Under the pieces are notes generated by a model that saw only the letters and a program-made list of their open reading frames with translations, ran no database searches and was not told where the DNA came from. Below, piece by piece: positions 1 to 18,000 of a stretch of 64,000 nt of DNA; the stretch's first letter is position 1, and every line of letters starts with the position of its first letter. The position numbers and the translations under genes were made by a program. The DNA lies in assembly GCA_964016885.1 (NCBI GenBank), contig OZ024741.1, positions 105,090,001 through 105,154,000 on the forward strand, written 5' to 3'. This DNA comes from Eledone cirrhosa. Its lineage: Eukaryota.

Positions 1-3000
1 CACCACCAACACCAACACCAACAACACCAGCAACACCAACACAAGCACCACCAACACCAACACCACCAACACCAACACCACCAACACCAACACCACCAAC
101 ACCAGCACCACCAACACCAGCACCGCCAACACCAGCACCACCAACACCAGCACCGCCAACACCAACACCAACAACACCAGCAACACCAACACCAGCAACA
201 CCAACACCAGCTCCACCAACACCAACACCACCAACACCAACACCAACAACACCAGCAACACCAACAACAACAACAACACCACCAACACCAACACCAGCAA
301 CACCAACACCAGCACCATCAACACCAGCACCGCCAACACCAACACCAACAACACCAGCAACACCAACACCAGCAACACCAACACCAGCACCACCAACACC
401 AACACCACCAACACCAACAACAACAACAACACCGCCAACACCAACACCAACAACACCAGCACCACCAACACCATCAACACCAACACCAGCACCACCAACA
501 CCAACACCACCAACACCAACACCAACAACACCAGCAACACCAACACAAGCACTACCAACACCAACACCACCAAAACCAACACCACCAACACCAGCACCAC
601 CAACACCAGCACCGCCAACACCAACACCAACAACACCAACACCAGCACCACCAACACCAACACCACCAACACCAGCACCACCAACACCAGCACCGCCAAC
701 ACCAACACCAACAACACCACCAACACCAACACCACCAACACCAGCACCACCAACACCAGCACCACCAACACCAGCACCACCAACACCAGCACCACCAACA
801 CCACCAACACCAACACCACCAACACCAACACCACCAACACCAGCACCACCAACACCAGCACCACCAACACCAGCACCGCCAACACCAACACCAACAACAC
901 CAGCAACGCCAACACAAGCACCACCAACACCAACGCCACCAACACCAACACCACCAACACCAGCACCACCAACACCAGCACCGCCAACACCAACACCAAC
1001 AACACCAGCACCACCAACACCAGCACCACCAACACCAACACCACCAACACCAGCACCACCAACACCATCACCGCCAACACCAACACCAACAACACCAGCA
1101 ACACCAACACAAGCACCACCAACACCAGCACCACCAACACCAACACCACCAACACCAGCACCACCAACACCAGCACCGCCAACACCAACACCAACAACAC
1201 CAGCAACACCAACACAAGCACCACCAACACCAGCACCACCAACACCAGCACCACCAACACCACCAACACCAACACCACCAACACCAGCAGCACCAACACC
1301 AACACCTCCAACACCAGCAACAACAACACCACCAACACCAACACCAACAACACCAGCAACACCAACACCAGCAACACCAACACGAGCACCACCAACACCA
1401 ACACCACCAACACCAACACCAACAACACCAGCAACACCAACACCAGCAACACCAACACGAGCACCACCAACACCAGCACCACCAACACCAGCACCACCAA
1501 CACCAGCACCGCCAACACCAACACCACCAACACCAACACCACCAACACCAGCACCACAAACACCAGCACCACCAACACCAGCACCGCCAACACCAACACC
1601 ACCAGCACCTCCAACACCAGCAACAACAACACCACCAACACCAACACCACCAACACCAACACCACCAACACCAGCACCACCAACACCAGCACCAAAAACA
1701 CCAGCACCACCAACACCACCAACACCTGCACCACCAACACCACCAACACCAGCAACACCAACACCAACACCAGCACCACCAACACCAGCACCACCAACAC
1801 CACCAACACCAGCACCACCAACACCAGCACCAACAACACCAGCACCACCAACACCAACACCACCAACACCACCAACGCCAACACCAGCACCACCAACACC
1901 AGCACCACCAACACCAGCACCACCAACACCAACACCACCAACACCACCACCACCAACACCAGCACCACCAACACCAACACCAGCACCACCAACACCACCA
2001 CCACCAACACCAGCACCACCAACAGCAGCACCACCAACAGCACCAACACCAGCAACACCAACACCAACACCACCAACACCACCAACACCACCAACACCAA
2101 CACCACCAACACCAACACCAGCACCACCAACAGCACCAACACCAGCAACACCAACACCAACACCACCAACACAAACACCACCAACACCACCAACACCAAC
2201 ACCACCAACACCAACAAAATCACCACCAACACCAACACCACCAACACCAACACCAACACCAGCACCAACACCAGCAACACCAACACAATCACCACCAACA
2301 CCAGCACCACCAACACCAGCACCACCAACACCAACACCAGCACCACCAACACCATCACCACCAACAGCACAAACACCAGCAACACCAACACAATCACCAC
2401 CAACACCAGCACGACCAACACCAACACCACCAACACCACCAACACCAACACCACCAACACCAACACCAGCAACACCACCAACACAAATACCACCAACACC
2501 AGCACCACCAACACCAACACCACCAACACCACCAACACCAACACCACCAACACCAACACCAGCAACACCACCAACACGAGCACCACCAACACCAGCACCA
2601 CCAACACCACCAACACCAACAGCACCGACACCAGCACCACCAACATCAACACCACCAACACCACCAACACCAACACCACCAACACCAGCAACACCAGCAC
2701 CAGCACCAACAACACCATCACCACCAACAGCACCAACACCAGCAACACCAACACCACCAACACCGCCAACACCAACAGCACCGACACCAGCACCACCAAC
2801 ACCAACACCACCAACACCACCAACACTAACACCACCAACACCAGCAACACCAGCACCAGCACCAACAACACCAGCAACACCAACACCAGCACCACCAAAA
2901 CCAGCACCAACACCAACACAAGCACCACCAACACCAACACCACCAACACCAACACCAACAACACCAACAACACCAACACCACCAACACCAACACCACCAA

Positions 3001-6000
3001 CACCAACACCAACAACACCAACAACACCAACACCACCAACACCAACACCACCAACACCAACACCACCAACACCAACACCACCAACACCAACACCACCAAC
3101 ACCACCAACACCAGCACCACCAACACCAGCACCGCCAACACCAACACCAACACCACCAACACCAACACCAGCAACACCAACACCAGCACCACCAACACCA
3201 CCACCACCAACACCAACACCAACAACACCAGCAACACCAACACAAGCACCACCAACACCAACACCACCAACACCAACACCAACAACACCAACAACACCAA
3301 CACCACCAACACCAACACCACCAACACCAACACCACCAACACCAACACCAACAAAATCAGCAACACCAACACAAGCACTACCAACACCAACACCACCAAC
3401 ACCAACACCACCAACACCAGCACCACCAACACCAGCACCGCCAACACCAACACCAACAACACCAGCAACACCAACACAAGCACCACCAACACCAACACCA
3501 CCAACACCAACACCAACAACACCAGCAACACCAACACCAGCAACACCAACACGAGCACCACCAACACCAACACCACCAACACCAACACCAACAACACCAG
3601 CAACACCAACACCAGCACCACCAACACCAGCACCGCCAACACCAACACCACCAACACCAACACCACCAACACCAGCACCACAAACACCAGCACCACCAAC
3701 ACCAGCACCGCCAACACCAACACCACCAACACCTCCAACACCAGCAACAACAACACCACCAACACCAACACCACCAACACCAACACCACCAACACCAGCA
3801 CCACCAACACCAGCACCAAAAACACCAGCACCACCAACACCAACACCACCAACACCAACGCCAACACCACCAACACCTGCACCACCAACACCAGCAACAC
3901 CAACACCAGCACCACAAACACCAGCACCACCAACACCAACACCACCAACACCAACACCAGCACCACCAACACCAACACCACCAACACCAGCAACACCACC
4001 AACACCAACACCACCAACACCAGCACCACCAACACCAGCACCACCAACACCACCAACACCACCAACACCAGCACCACCAACACCAACACCGCCAACACCA
4101 ACACCACCAACACCAACACCAGCACCACCAACACCAGCACCACCAACACCACCAACACCAACACCTGCACCACCAACACCACCAACACCTGCACCACCAA
4201 CACCAGCAACACCAACACCAACACCAGCACCACCAACACCAGCACCACCAACACCAGCACCACCAACACCAGCACCACCAACACCACCAACACCAGCACC
4301 ACCAACACCAGCACCACCAACACCAACACCACCAACACCACCACCACCAACACCAGCACCACCAACACCAACACCACCAACACCAGCACCACCAACACCA
4401 GCACCACCAACACCAGCACCACCAACACCACCAACACCACCAACACCAGCACCACAAACACCAGCACCACCGACACCAGCACCACCAACACCAGCACCAC
4501 CAACACCAGCAACACCAACACCACCAACAACAACACCAGCAACACAAACATCAGCACCACCAACACCAGCACCACCAGCACCAACACCACCAATACCAGC
4601 GCAACCAACACCAGCACCACCAACACCAGCAACACCAACACAAGCACCACCAACACCAACACCAGCACCACCAACACCAGCAACACCAACACCACCAACA
4701 ACAACACCAGCAACACAAACATTAGCACCACCAACACCAGCACCACAGCCACCAACACCACCAACACCAGCACAACCAACACCAGCACCACCAACACCAA
4801 CACCACCAACACCAGCACCACCAACACCAGCACCACCAACACCAGCACCACCAACACCAGCACCACAAACACCAGCACCACAAACACCAGCACCACAAAC
4901 ACCAGCACCACCAACACCAACACCACCAACACCAACACCACCAACACCAGCACCACCAACACCACCAACACCAGCACCACCAACACCAGCACCACCAACA
5001 CCAACACCACCAACACCACCACCACCAACACCAACACCAGCACAACCAACACCAACACCAGCACCACCAACACCACCAACACCAGCACCACCAACACCAG
5101 CACCACCAACACCAGCACCACAAACACCAGCACCACCAACACCAACACCACCAACACCAACACCACAACCACCAACACCAGCACCACCAACACCAGCAAC
5201 ACCAACACCAGCACCACAAACACCAGCACCACCAACACCAACACCACCAACACCAACACCAGCACCACCAACACCAACACCACCAACACCAGCAACACCA
5301 CCAACACCAACACCACCAACACCAGCACCACCAACACCAGCACCACCAACACCACCAACACCACCAACACCACCAACACCAGCACCACCAACGCCAGCAC
5401 CGCCAACACCAACACCACCAACACCAACACCAGCACCACCAACACCACCAACACCAGCACCACCAACACCAGCACCACCAACACCAGCACCACCAACACC
5501 AGCACCACCAACACAAGCACCACCAACACCAGCACCACCAACACCACCAACACCAACACCACCAACACCAACACCACCAACACCAACACCAGCACCACCA
5601 ACACCACCAACACCAGCACCACCAACACCAGCACCACCAACACCAGCACCACCAACACCAGCACCACCAACACAAGCACCACCAACACCACCAACACCAG
5701 CACCACCAACACCAACACCACCAACACCAGCACCACCAACACCAACACCAGCACCACCAACACCAGCAACACCAACACCAGCACCACCAACACCAACACA
5801 ACAAACACCAGCACCACCAACACCAACACCAACACCACCAACACCAACACCAACAACACCAGCAACACCAACACCAGCACCACCAACACCAGCACCGCCA
5901 ACACCAGCACCGCCAACACCAACACCACCAACACCTCCAACACCAGCAACAACAACACCACCAACACCAACACCACCAACACCAACACCACCAACACCAG

Positions 6001-9000
6001 CACCACCAACACCAGCACCACAAACACCAGCACCACCAACACCAACACCACCAACACCAACATCAACACCACCAACACCAGCACCACCAACACCAGCAAC
6101 ACCAACACCAGCACCACAAACACCAGCACCAACAACACCAGCAACACCAACACCAGTAACACCAACACCAGCACCACCAACACCAACACCACCAACACCA
6201 ACACCACCAACACCAGCACTACCAACACCAGCAACACCAACACCATCACCACCAACACCAACACCACCAACACCAACACCAGCACCACCAACACCAACAC
6301 CACCAACACCAGCAACACCACCAACACCAACACCACCAACACCAGCACCACCAACACCAGCACCACCAACACCACCAACACCACCAACACCAGCACCACC
6401 AACACCAGCACCGCCAACACCAACACCACCAACACCAACACCAGCACCACCAACACCACCAACACCAGCACCACCAACACCAGCACCACCAACACCAGCA
6501 CCACCAACACCAACACCACCAACACCAGCAACACCACCAACACCAACACCACCAACACCAGCACCACCAACACCAACACCACCAACACCAACACCACCAA
6601 CACCAGCACTACCAACACCAGCAACACCAACACCAGCACCACAAACACCAGCACCACCAACACCACCAACACCACCAACACCAGCACCACCAACACCAGC
6701 ACCGCCAACACCAACACCACCAACACCAACACCAGCACCACCAACACCACCAACACCAGCACCACCAACACCACCAACACCAGCACCACCAACACCAGCA
6801 CCACCAACACCAACACCACCAACACCACCAACACCAGCACCACCAACACCAACACCACCAACACCTGCACCACCAACACCAACACCAGCACCACCAACAC
6901 CACCAACACCAGCACCACCAACACCAGCACCACCAACACCAACACCACCAACACCACCAACACCAGCACCACCAACACCAACACCACCAACACCTGCACC
7001 ACCAACACCAACACCAGCACCACCAACACCACCAACACCAACACCACCAACACCAACACCAGCACCACCAACACCACCAACACCAGCACCACCAACACCA
7101 GCACCACCAACACCAACACCACCAACACCTGCACCACCAACACCAACACCAGCACCACCAACACCAGCAACACCAACACCAGCACCACCAACACCAACAC
7201 CACCAACACCAGCAACACCAACACCAGCACCACCGACACCAGCACCACCAACACCAACACCACCAACACCACCAACACCAACACCAGCACCACCAACACC
7301 ACCAACACCAGCACCACCAACACCAGCAACACCAACACCAGCACCACCAACACCAACACCACCAACACCACCAACACCAGCAACACCAACACCAGCACCA
7401 CCAACACCAGCACCGCCAACACCAACACCAACAACACCAGCAACACCAACACAAGCACCACCAACACCAACACCACCAACACCAACACCAACAACACCAG
7501 CAACACCAACACCAGCAACACCAACACGAGCACCACCAACACCAACACCACCAACACCAACACCAACAACACCAGCAACACCAACACCAGCACCACCAAC
7601 ACCAGCACCGCCAACACCAACACCACCAACACCAACACCACCAACACCAGCACCACCAACACCAGCACCACCAACACCAGCACCGCCAACACCAACACCA
7701 CCAACACCTCCAACACCAGCAACAACAACACCACCAACACCAGCACCAGCACCACCAACACCAACAACACCAACACCAGCACCACCAACACCAGCACCAC
7801 CAACACTAGCACCACCAACACCACCAACACCAGCACCACCAACACCAGCACCACAAACACCAGCACCACCAACACCAACACCACCAACACCAACACCAAC
7901 ACCACCAACACCTCCAACACCAGCAACAACAACACCACCAACACCAACACCAACACCACCAACACCAGCACCACCAACACCAGCAACACCAACACCAGCA
8001 CCACAAACACCAGCACCACCAACACCAACACCACCAACACCAACACCAACACCACCAACACCTCCAACACCAGCAACAACAACACCACCAACACCAGCAC
8101 CAGCACCACCAACACCAACACCACCAACACCAGCACCACCAACACCAGCACCACCAACACTAGCACCACCAACACCACCAACACCAGCACCACCAACACC
8201 AGCACCACAAACACCAGCACCACCAACACCAACACCACCAACACCAACACCAACACCACCAACACCAGCACCACCAACACCAGCAACACCAACACCAGCA
8301 CCACAAACACCAGCACCACCAACACCAACACCACCAACACCAACACCAGCACCACCAACACCAACACCACCAATACCAGCAACACCACCAACACCAACAC
8401 CACCAACACCAGCACCACCAACACCAGCACCACCAACACCACCAACACCACCAACACCAGCACCACCAACACCAGCACCGCCAACACCATTACCACCAAC
8501 ACCAACACCAGCACCACCAACACCACCAACACCAGCACCACCAACACCAGCACCACCAACACCAGCACCACCAACACCAACACCACCAACACCAGCACCA
8601 CCAACACCAACACCAGCACCACCAACACCAGCAACACCAACACCAGCACCACCAACACCACCAACACCAGCACCACCAACACCAGCAACACCAACACCTG
8701 CACCACCAACACCACCAACACCTGCACCACCAACACCACCAACACCAGCAACACCAACACCAACACCAGCACCACCAACAACACCAACACCAACACCAGC
8801 ACCACCAACACCAGCACCACCAACACCAACACCACCAACACCACCACCACCAACACCAACACCAGCACCACCAACACGAACACCAGCACCACCAACACCA
8901 CCAACACCAGCACCACCAACACCAGCACCACCAACACCAGCACCACCAACACCAACACGACCAACACCAGCACCACCAACACCAACACCAGCACCACCAA

Positions 9001-12000
9001 CACCAACACCAGCACCACCAACACCACCAACACCAGCACCACCAACACCAGCACCACCAACACCAACACCACCAACACCAGCACCACCAACAACAACACC
9101 ACCAACACCACCAACACCAACACCAGCAGCACCAACACCAGCAACACCAACACCTGCACCACCAACACCACCAACACCTGCACCACCAACACCACCAACA
9201 CCAGCAACACCAACACCAACACCAGCACCACCAACACCAGCACCACCAACACCAGCACCACCAACACCACCAACACCAGCACCACCAACACCAGCACCAC
9301 CAACACCAACACCACCAACACCAACACCACCAACACCAGCACCACCAACACCAGCACCACCAACACCACCAACACCAGCACCACCAACACCAACACCACC
9401 AACACCACCAACACCAATACCAGCAGCACCAACACCAGCAACACCAACACCTGCACCACCAACACCACCAACACCTGCACCACCAACACCACCAACACCA
9501 CCAACACCAACACCACCAACACCAGCACCACCAACACCAGCACCACCAACACCAGCACCACCAACACCACCAACACCAGCACCACCAACACCAGCACCAC
9601 CAACACCAACACCACCAACACCAACACCACCAACACCAGCACCACCAACACCAGCACCAACAACACCAGCACCACCAACACCAACACCACCAACACCACC
9701 AACGCCAACACCAGCACCACCAACACCAGCACCGCCAACACCAACACCACCAACACCAACACCAGCACCACCAACACCACCAACACCAGCACCACCAACA
9801 CCACCAACACCAGCACCACCAACACCAGCACCACCAACACCAACACCACCAACACCACCAACACCAGCACCACCAACACCAACACCACCAACACCTGCAC
9901 CACCAACACCAACACCAGCACCACCAACACCACCAACACCAGCACCACCAACACCAGCACCACCAACACCAACACCACCAACACCACCAACACCAGCACC
10001 ACCAACACCAACACCACCAACACCTGCACCACCAACACCAACACCAGCACCACCAACACCACCAACACCAACACCACCAACACCAACACCAGCACCACCA
10101 ACACCACCAACACCAGCACCACCAACACCAGCACCACCAACACCAACACCACCAACACCTGCACCACCAACACCAACACCAGCACCACCAACACCAGCAA
10201 CACCAACACCAGCACCACCAACACCAACACCACCAACACCAGCAACACCAACACCAGCACCACCAACACCAGCACCACCAACACCAACACCACCAACACC
10301 ACCAACACCAGCAACACCAACACCAGCACCACCAACACCAGCACCGCCAACACCAACACCAACAACACCAGCAACACCAACACAAGCACCACCAACACCA
10401 ACACCACCAACACCAACACCAACAACACCAGCAACACCAACACCAGCAACACCAACACGAGCACCACCAACACCAACACCACCAACACCAACACCAACAA
10501 CACCAGCAACACCAACACCAGCACCACCAACACCAGCACCGCCAACACCAACACCACCAACACCAACACCACCAACACCAGCACCACCAACACCAGCACC
10601 ACCAACACCAGCACCGCCAACACCAACACCACCAACACCTCCAACACCAGCAACAACAACACCACCAACACCAGCACCAGCACCACCAACACCAACAACA
10701 CCAACACCAGCACCACCAACACCAGCACCACCAACACTAGCACCACCAACACCACCAACACCAGCACCACCAACACCAGCACCACAAACACCAGCACCAC
10801 CAACACCAACACCACCAACACCAACACCAACACCACCAACACCTCCAACACCAGCAACAACAACACCACCAACACCAACACCAACACCACCAACACCAGC
10901 ACCACCAACACCAGCAACACCAACACCAGCACCACAAACACCAGCACCACCAACACCAACACCACCAACACCAACACCAACACCACCAACACCTCCAACA
11001 CCAGCAACAACAACACCACCAACACCAGCACCAGCACCACCAACACCAACACCACCAACACCAGCACCACCAACACCAGCACCACCAACACTAGCACCAC
11101 CAACACCACCAACACCAGCACCACCAACACCAGCACCACAAACACCAGCACCACCAACACCAACACCACCAACACCAACACCAACACCACCAACACCAGC
11201 ACCACCAACACCAGCAACACCAACACCAGCACCACAAACACCAGCACCACCAACACCAACACCACCAACACCAACACCAGCACCACCAACACCAACACCA
11301 CCAACACCAGCAACACCACCAACACCAACACCACCAACACCAGCACCACCAACACCAGCACCACCAACACCACCAACACCACCAACACCAGCACCACCAA
11401 CACCAGCACCGCCAACACCAATACCACCAACACCAACACCAGCACCACCAACACCACCAACACCAGCACCACCAACACCAGCACCACCAACACCAGCACC
11501 ACCAACACCAACACCACCAACACCAGCACCACCGACACCAACACCAGCACCACCAACACCAGCAACACCAACACCAGCACCACCAACACCACCAACACCA
11601 GCACCACCAACACCAGCAACACCAACACCTGCACCACCAACACCACCAACACCTGCACCACCAACACCACCAACACCAGCAACACCAACACCAACACCAG
11701 CACCACCAACAACACCAACACCAACACCAGCACCACCAACACCAGCACCACCAACACCAACACCACCAACACCACCACCACCAACACCAACACCAGCACC
11801 ACCAACACCAACACCAGCACCACCAACACCACCAACACCAGCACCACCAACACCAGCACCACCAACACCAGCACCACCAACACCAACACCACCAACACCA
11901 GCACCACCAACACCAACACCAGCACCACCAACACCAACACCAGCACCACCAACACCACCAACACCAGCACCACCAACACCAGCACCACCAACACCAACAC

Positions 12001-15000
12001 CACCAACACCAGCACCACCAACACCAACACCACCAACACCACCAACACCAACACCAGCAGCACCAACACCAGCAACACCAACACCTGCACCACCAACACC
12101 ACCAACACCTGCACCACCAACACCACCAACACCAGCAACACCAACACCAACACCAGCACCACCAACACCAGCACCACCAACACCAGCACCACCAACACCA
12201 CCAACACCAGCACCACCAACACCAGCACCACCAACACCAACACCACCAACACCAACACCACCAACACCAGCACCACCAACACCAGCACCACCAACACCAC
12301 CAACACCAGCACCACCAACACCAACACCACCAACACCACCAACACCAATACCAGCAGCACCAACACCAGCAACACCAACACCTGCACCACCAACACCACC
12401 AACACCTGCACCACCAACACCACCAACACCACCAACACCAACACCACCAACACCAGCACCACCAACACCAGCACCACCAACACCAGCACCACCAACACCA
12501 CCAACACCAGCACCACCAACACCAGCACCACCAACACCAACACCACCAACACCAACACCACCAACACCAGCACCACCAACACCAGCACCAACAACACCAG
12601 CACCACCAACACCAACACCACCAACACCACCAACGCCAACACCAGCACCACCAACACCAGCACCACCACCACCAACACCAGCACCACCAACACCACCACC
12701 ACCAACACCACCACCACCAACACCACCACCACCAACACCAGCACCACCAACACCAACACCAACACCACCAACACCAGCACCACCAACACCAGCACCACCA
12801 ACACCAGCACCACCAACACCAGCACCACCAACACCAGCACCACCAACACCAACACCAGCACCACCAACACCACCACCACCAACACCACCACCACCAACAC
12901 CACCACCACCAACACCAACACCACCAACACCAGCACCACCAACACCAGCACCACCAACACCAGCACCACCAACACCACCAACACCACCAACACCAGCACC
13001 ACAAACACCAGCACCACCAACACCAGCACCACCAACACCAGCACCACCAACACCAGCACCACCACCACCAACACCACCAACACCAGCACCACCACCACCA
13101 ACACCACCAACACCAGCACAACCAACACCAGCACCACCAACACCAGCACCACCACCACCAACACCACCAACACCAGCACAACCAACACCAGCAGCACCAA
13201 CACCAGCACCACCAACACCACCACCACCAACACCAGCAACACCAACACCACCAACAACAACACCAGCAACACAAACATCAGCACCACCAACACCAGCACC
13301 ACCACCACCAACACCACCAACACCAGCACCACCAACACCAGCACCACCACCACCAACACCACCACCACCAACACCACCAACACCAGCACCACCAACACCA
13401 GCACCACCAACACCAGCACCACCAACACCAGCACCACCAACACCAGCAACACCAACACCACCAACAACAACACCAGCAAGACAAACATTAGCACCACCAA
13501 CACCAGCACCACAACCACCAACACCACCAACACCAGCACAACCAACACCAGCACCAGCACCACCAACACAAACACCACCAGCACCAGCACCACCAACACC
13601 AGCACCACCAACACCAGCACCACCAACACCAGCACCACAAACACCAGCACCAACAACACCAGCACCACCAACACCAACACCACCAACACCACCAACGCCA
13701 ACACCAGCACCACCAACACCAGCACCACCAACACCAACACCAGCACCACCAACACCACAACCACCAACACCAGCACCACCAACACCAACACCACCAACAC
13801 CAGCACCACCAACAACAACACCAACACCAGCACCACCAACACCAACACCAACACCAACACCAGCACCACCAACACCAACACCACCAACACCACCAACGCC
13901 AACACCAGCACCACCAACACCAGCACCACCAACACCAACACCACCAACACCACCAACACCAACACCAACACCACCAACACCACCAACGCCAACACCAGCA
14001 CCACCAACACCAGCACCACCAACACCAACACCAGCACCACCAACACCACCACCACCAACACCACCACCACCAACACCAGCACCACCAACACCACCACCAC
14101 CAACACCAGCACCACCAACACCAGCACCACCAACAGCACCAACACCAGCAACACCAACACCAACACCACCAACACCAACACCACCAACACCACCAACACC
14201 AACACCACCAACACCAACACAATCACCACCAACACCAGCACCACCAACACAATCACCACCAACACCAGCAACACCAACACCACCACCACCAACACCAACA
14301 CCACCAACACCACCAACACCAACACCAACACCACCAACACCAACACCACCACCACCAACACCAACACCACCAACACCACAATCACCACCAACACCAGCAC
14401 CACCAACACCATCACCACCAACAGCATCAACACCAGCAACACCAACACCAGCACCACCAACACCAGCACCACCAACAGCACCGACACCACCAACACCACC
14501 AACACCAACACCACCAACACCAGCACCACCAACACCACCAACACCAACACCACCAACACCAACACCACCAACACCAGCACCACCAACACCAGCAACACCA
14601 CCAACACCACCAACACCAACACCAACACCACCAACACCAACACCAGTACCACCAACACCAACACCACCAACACCACAATCACCACCAACACCAGCACCAC
14701 CAACACCATCACCACCAACAGCATCAACACCAGCAACACCAACACCAGCAACACCAACACGAGCACCACCAACACCAACACCAGCAACACCAACACCAAC
14801 ACCAGCACCACCAACACCACCAACACCAACACCAGCACCACCAACACCACCAACACCAGCACCACCAACACCAGCACCACCAACACCAACACCACCAACA
14901 CCACCACCACCAACACCAACACCAGCACCACCAACACCAACACCAGCACCACCAACACCACCAAACCAGCACCACCAACACCAGCACCACCAACACCAGC

Positions 15001-18000
15001 ACCACCAACAGCAACACCACCAACACCAGCACCACCAACACCAACACCAGCACCACCAACACCAGCAACACCAACACCAGCACCACCAACACCAACACCA
15101 CCAACACCAGCACCACCAACACCAGCAACACCAACACCTGCACCACCAACACCACCAACACCTGCACCACCAACACCACCAACACCAGCAACACCAACAC
15201 CAACACCAGCACCACCAACACCAGCACCACCAACACCAACACCAGCACCACCAACACCACCACCACCAACACCACCAACACCACCACCACCAGCACCAAC
15301 ACCACCAACACCAGCACCACCAACACCAGCACCACCGACACCAGCACCACCAACACCACCAACACCACCAACACCAGCACCACAAACACCAGCACCACCA
15401 ACACCAGCACCACCAACACCAGCACCACCAACACCAGCACCACCACCACCAACACCACCAACACCAGCACAACCAACACCAGCACCACCAACACCAGCAC
15501 CACCACCACCAACACCACCAACACCAGCACAACCAACACCAGCACCACCAACACCAGCACCACCAACACCAGCACCACCAACACCAGCACCACCAACACC
15601 AGCACCACCAACACCACCACCACCAACACCAGCACCACCAACACCAACACCACCAACACCAGCACCACCAACACCAGCACCACCAACACCAGCACCACCA
15701 ACACCAGCACCACAAACACCAGCACCAACAACACCAACACCACCAACACCAACACCACCAACACCACCAACGCCAACACCAGCAACACCACCAACACCAG
15801 CACCACCAACACCAGCACCACCAACACCAACACCAGCACCACCAACACCACCACCACCAACACCACCAACACCAACACCAGCACCACCAACACCAGCACC
15901 ACCAACACCAACACCACCAACACCAGCACCACCAACACCAGCACCACCAACACCAGCACCACCAACACCAACACCAGCACCACCAACACCACCACCACCA
16001 ACACCACCACCACCAACACTACCACCACCAACACCAACACCACCAACACCAGCACCACCAACACCAGCACCACCAACACCAGCACCACCAACACCACCAA
16101 CACCACCAACACCAGCACCACAAACACCAGCACCACCAACACCAGCACCACCAACACCAGCACCACCAACACCAGCACCACCACCACCAACACCACCAAC
16201 ACCAGCACAACCAACACCAGCACCACCAACACCAGCACCACCACCACCAACACCACCAACACCAGCACAACCAACACCAACACCACCAACACCAGCACCA
16301 CCAACACCAGCACCACCAACACCAGCACCACCAACACCAGCAACACCAACACCACCAACAACAACACCAGCAACACAAACATCAGCACCACCAACACCAG
16401 CACCACCACCACCAACACCACCAACACCAGCACCACCAACACCAGCACCATCACCACCAACACCACCACCACCAACACCACCAACACCAGCACCACCAAC
16501 ACCAGCACCACCAACACCAGCACCACCAACACCAGCACCACCAACACCAGCAACACCAACACCACCAACAACAACACCAGCAAGACAAACATTAGCACCA
16601 CCAACACCAGCACCACAACCACCAACACCACCAACACCAGCACAACCAACACCAGCACCAGCACCACCAACACCAACACCACCGACACCAGCACCACCAA
16701 CACCAGCACCACCAACACCAGCACCACAAACACCAGCACCACCAACACCAGCACCACCAACACCAGCAACACCAACACCACCAACAACAACACCAGCAAC
16801 ACCAACACCACCAACAACAACACCACCAACGCCAACACCAGCACCACCAACACCAGCACCACCAACACCAACACCACCAACACCACCACCACCAACACCA
16901 GCACCACCAACACCAACACCACCAACACCACCACCACCAACACCAGCACCACCAACACCAACACCACCAACACCAGCACCACCAACACCAGCACCACCAA
17001 CACCAGCACCAGCACCACCAACACCACCAACACCACCAACACCAGCACCACCAACACCAGCACCACCAACAGCATCAACACCAGCACCACCAACACCAGC
17101 ACCACCAACACCAACACCGCCAACACCACAATCACCACCAACACCAGCACCACCACCACAATCACCACCAACACCAGCACCACCAACACCATCACCACCA
17201 ACAGCATCAACACCAGCACCACCAACACCAGCACCACCAACACCAACACCGCCAACACCACAATCACCACCAACACCAGCACCACCAACACCATCACCAC
17301 CAACAGCATCAACACCAGCACCACCAACACCAGCACCACCAACACCAACACCACCAACACCAGCACCACCAACACCAACACCAGCACCACCAACACCAGC
17401 AACACCAACACCAGCACCACCAACACCAACACCACCAACACCATCACCACCAACACCAGCAACACCAACACCTGCACCACCAACACCACCAACACCTGCA
17501 CCACCAGCACCACCAACACCAGCAACACCAACACCAACACCAGCACCACCAACACCACCAACACCAACACCAGCACCACCAACACCACCAACACCAGAAC
17601 CACCAACACCAGCACCACCAACACCAACACCACCAACACCACCACCACCAACACCAACACCAGCACTACCAACACCAACACCAGCACCACCAACACCACC
17701 AACACCAGCACCACCAACACCAGCACCACCAACACCAACACCACCAACACCAGCACCACCAACACCAGCAACACCAACACCAGCACCACCAAAACCAACA
17801 CCAGCACCACCAACACCAGCAACACCAACACCAGCACCACCAACACCAACACCACCAACACCAGCACCACCAACACCAGCAACACCAACACCTGCACCAC
17901 CAACACCACCAACACCTGCACCACCAACACCACCAACACCAGCAACACCAACACCAACACCAGCACCACCAACACCAGCACCACCAACACCAGCACCACC

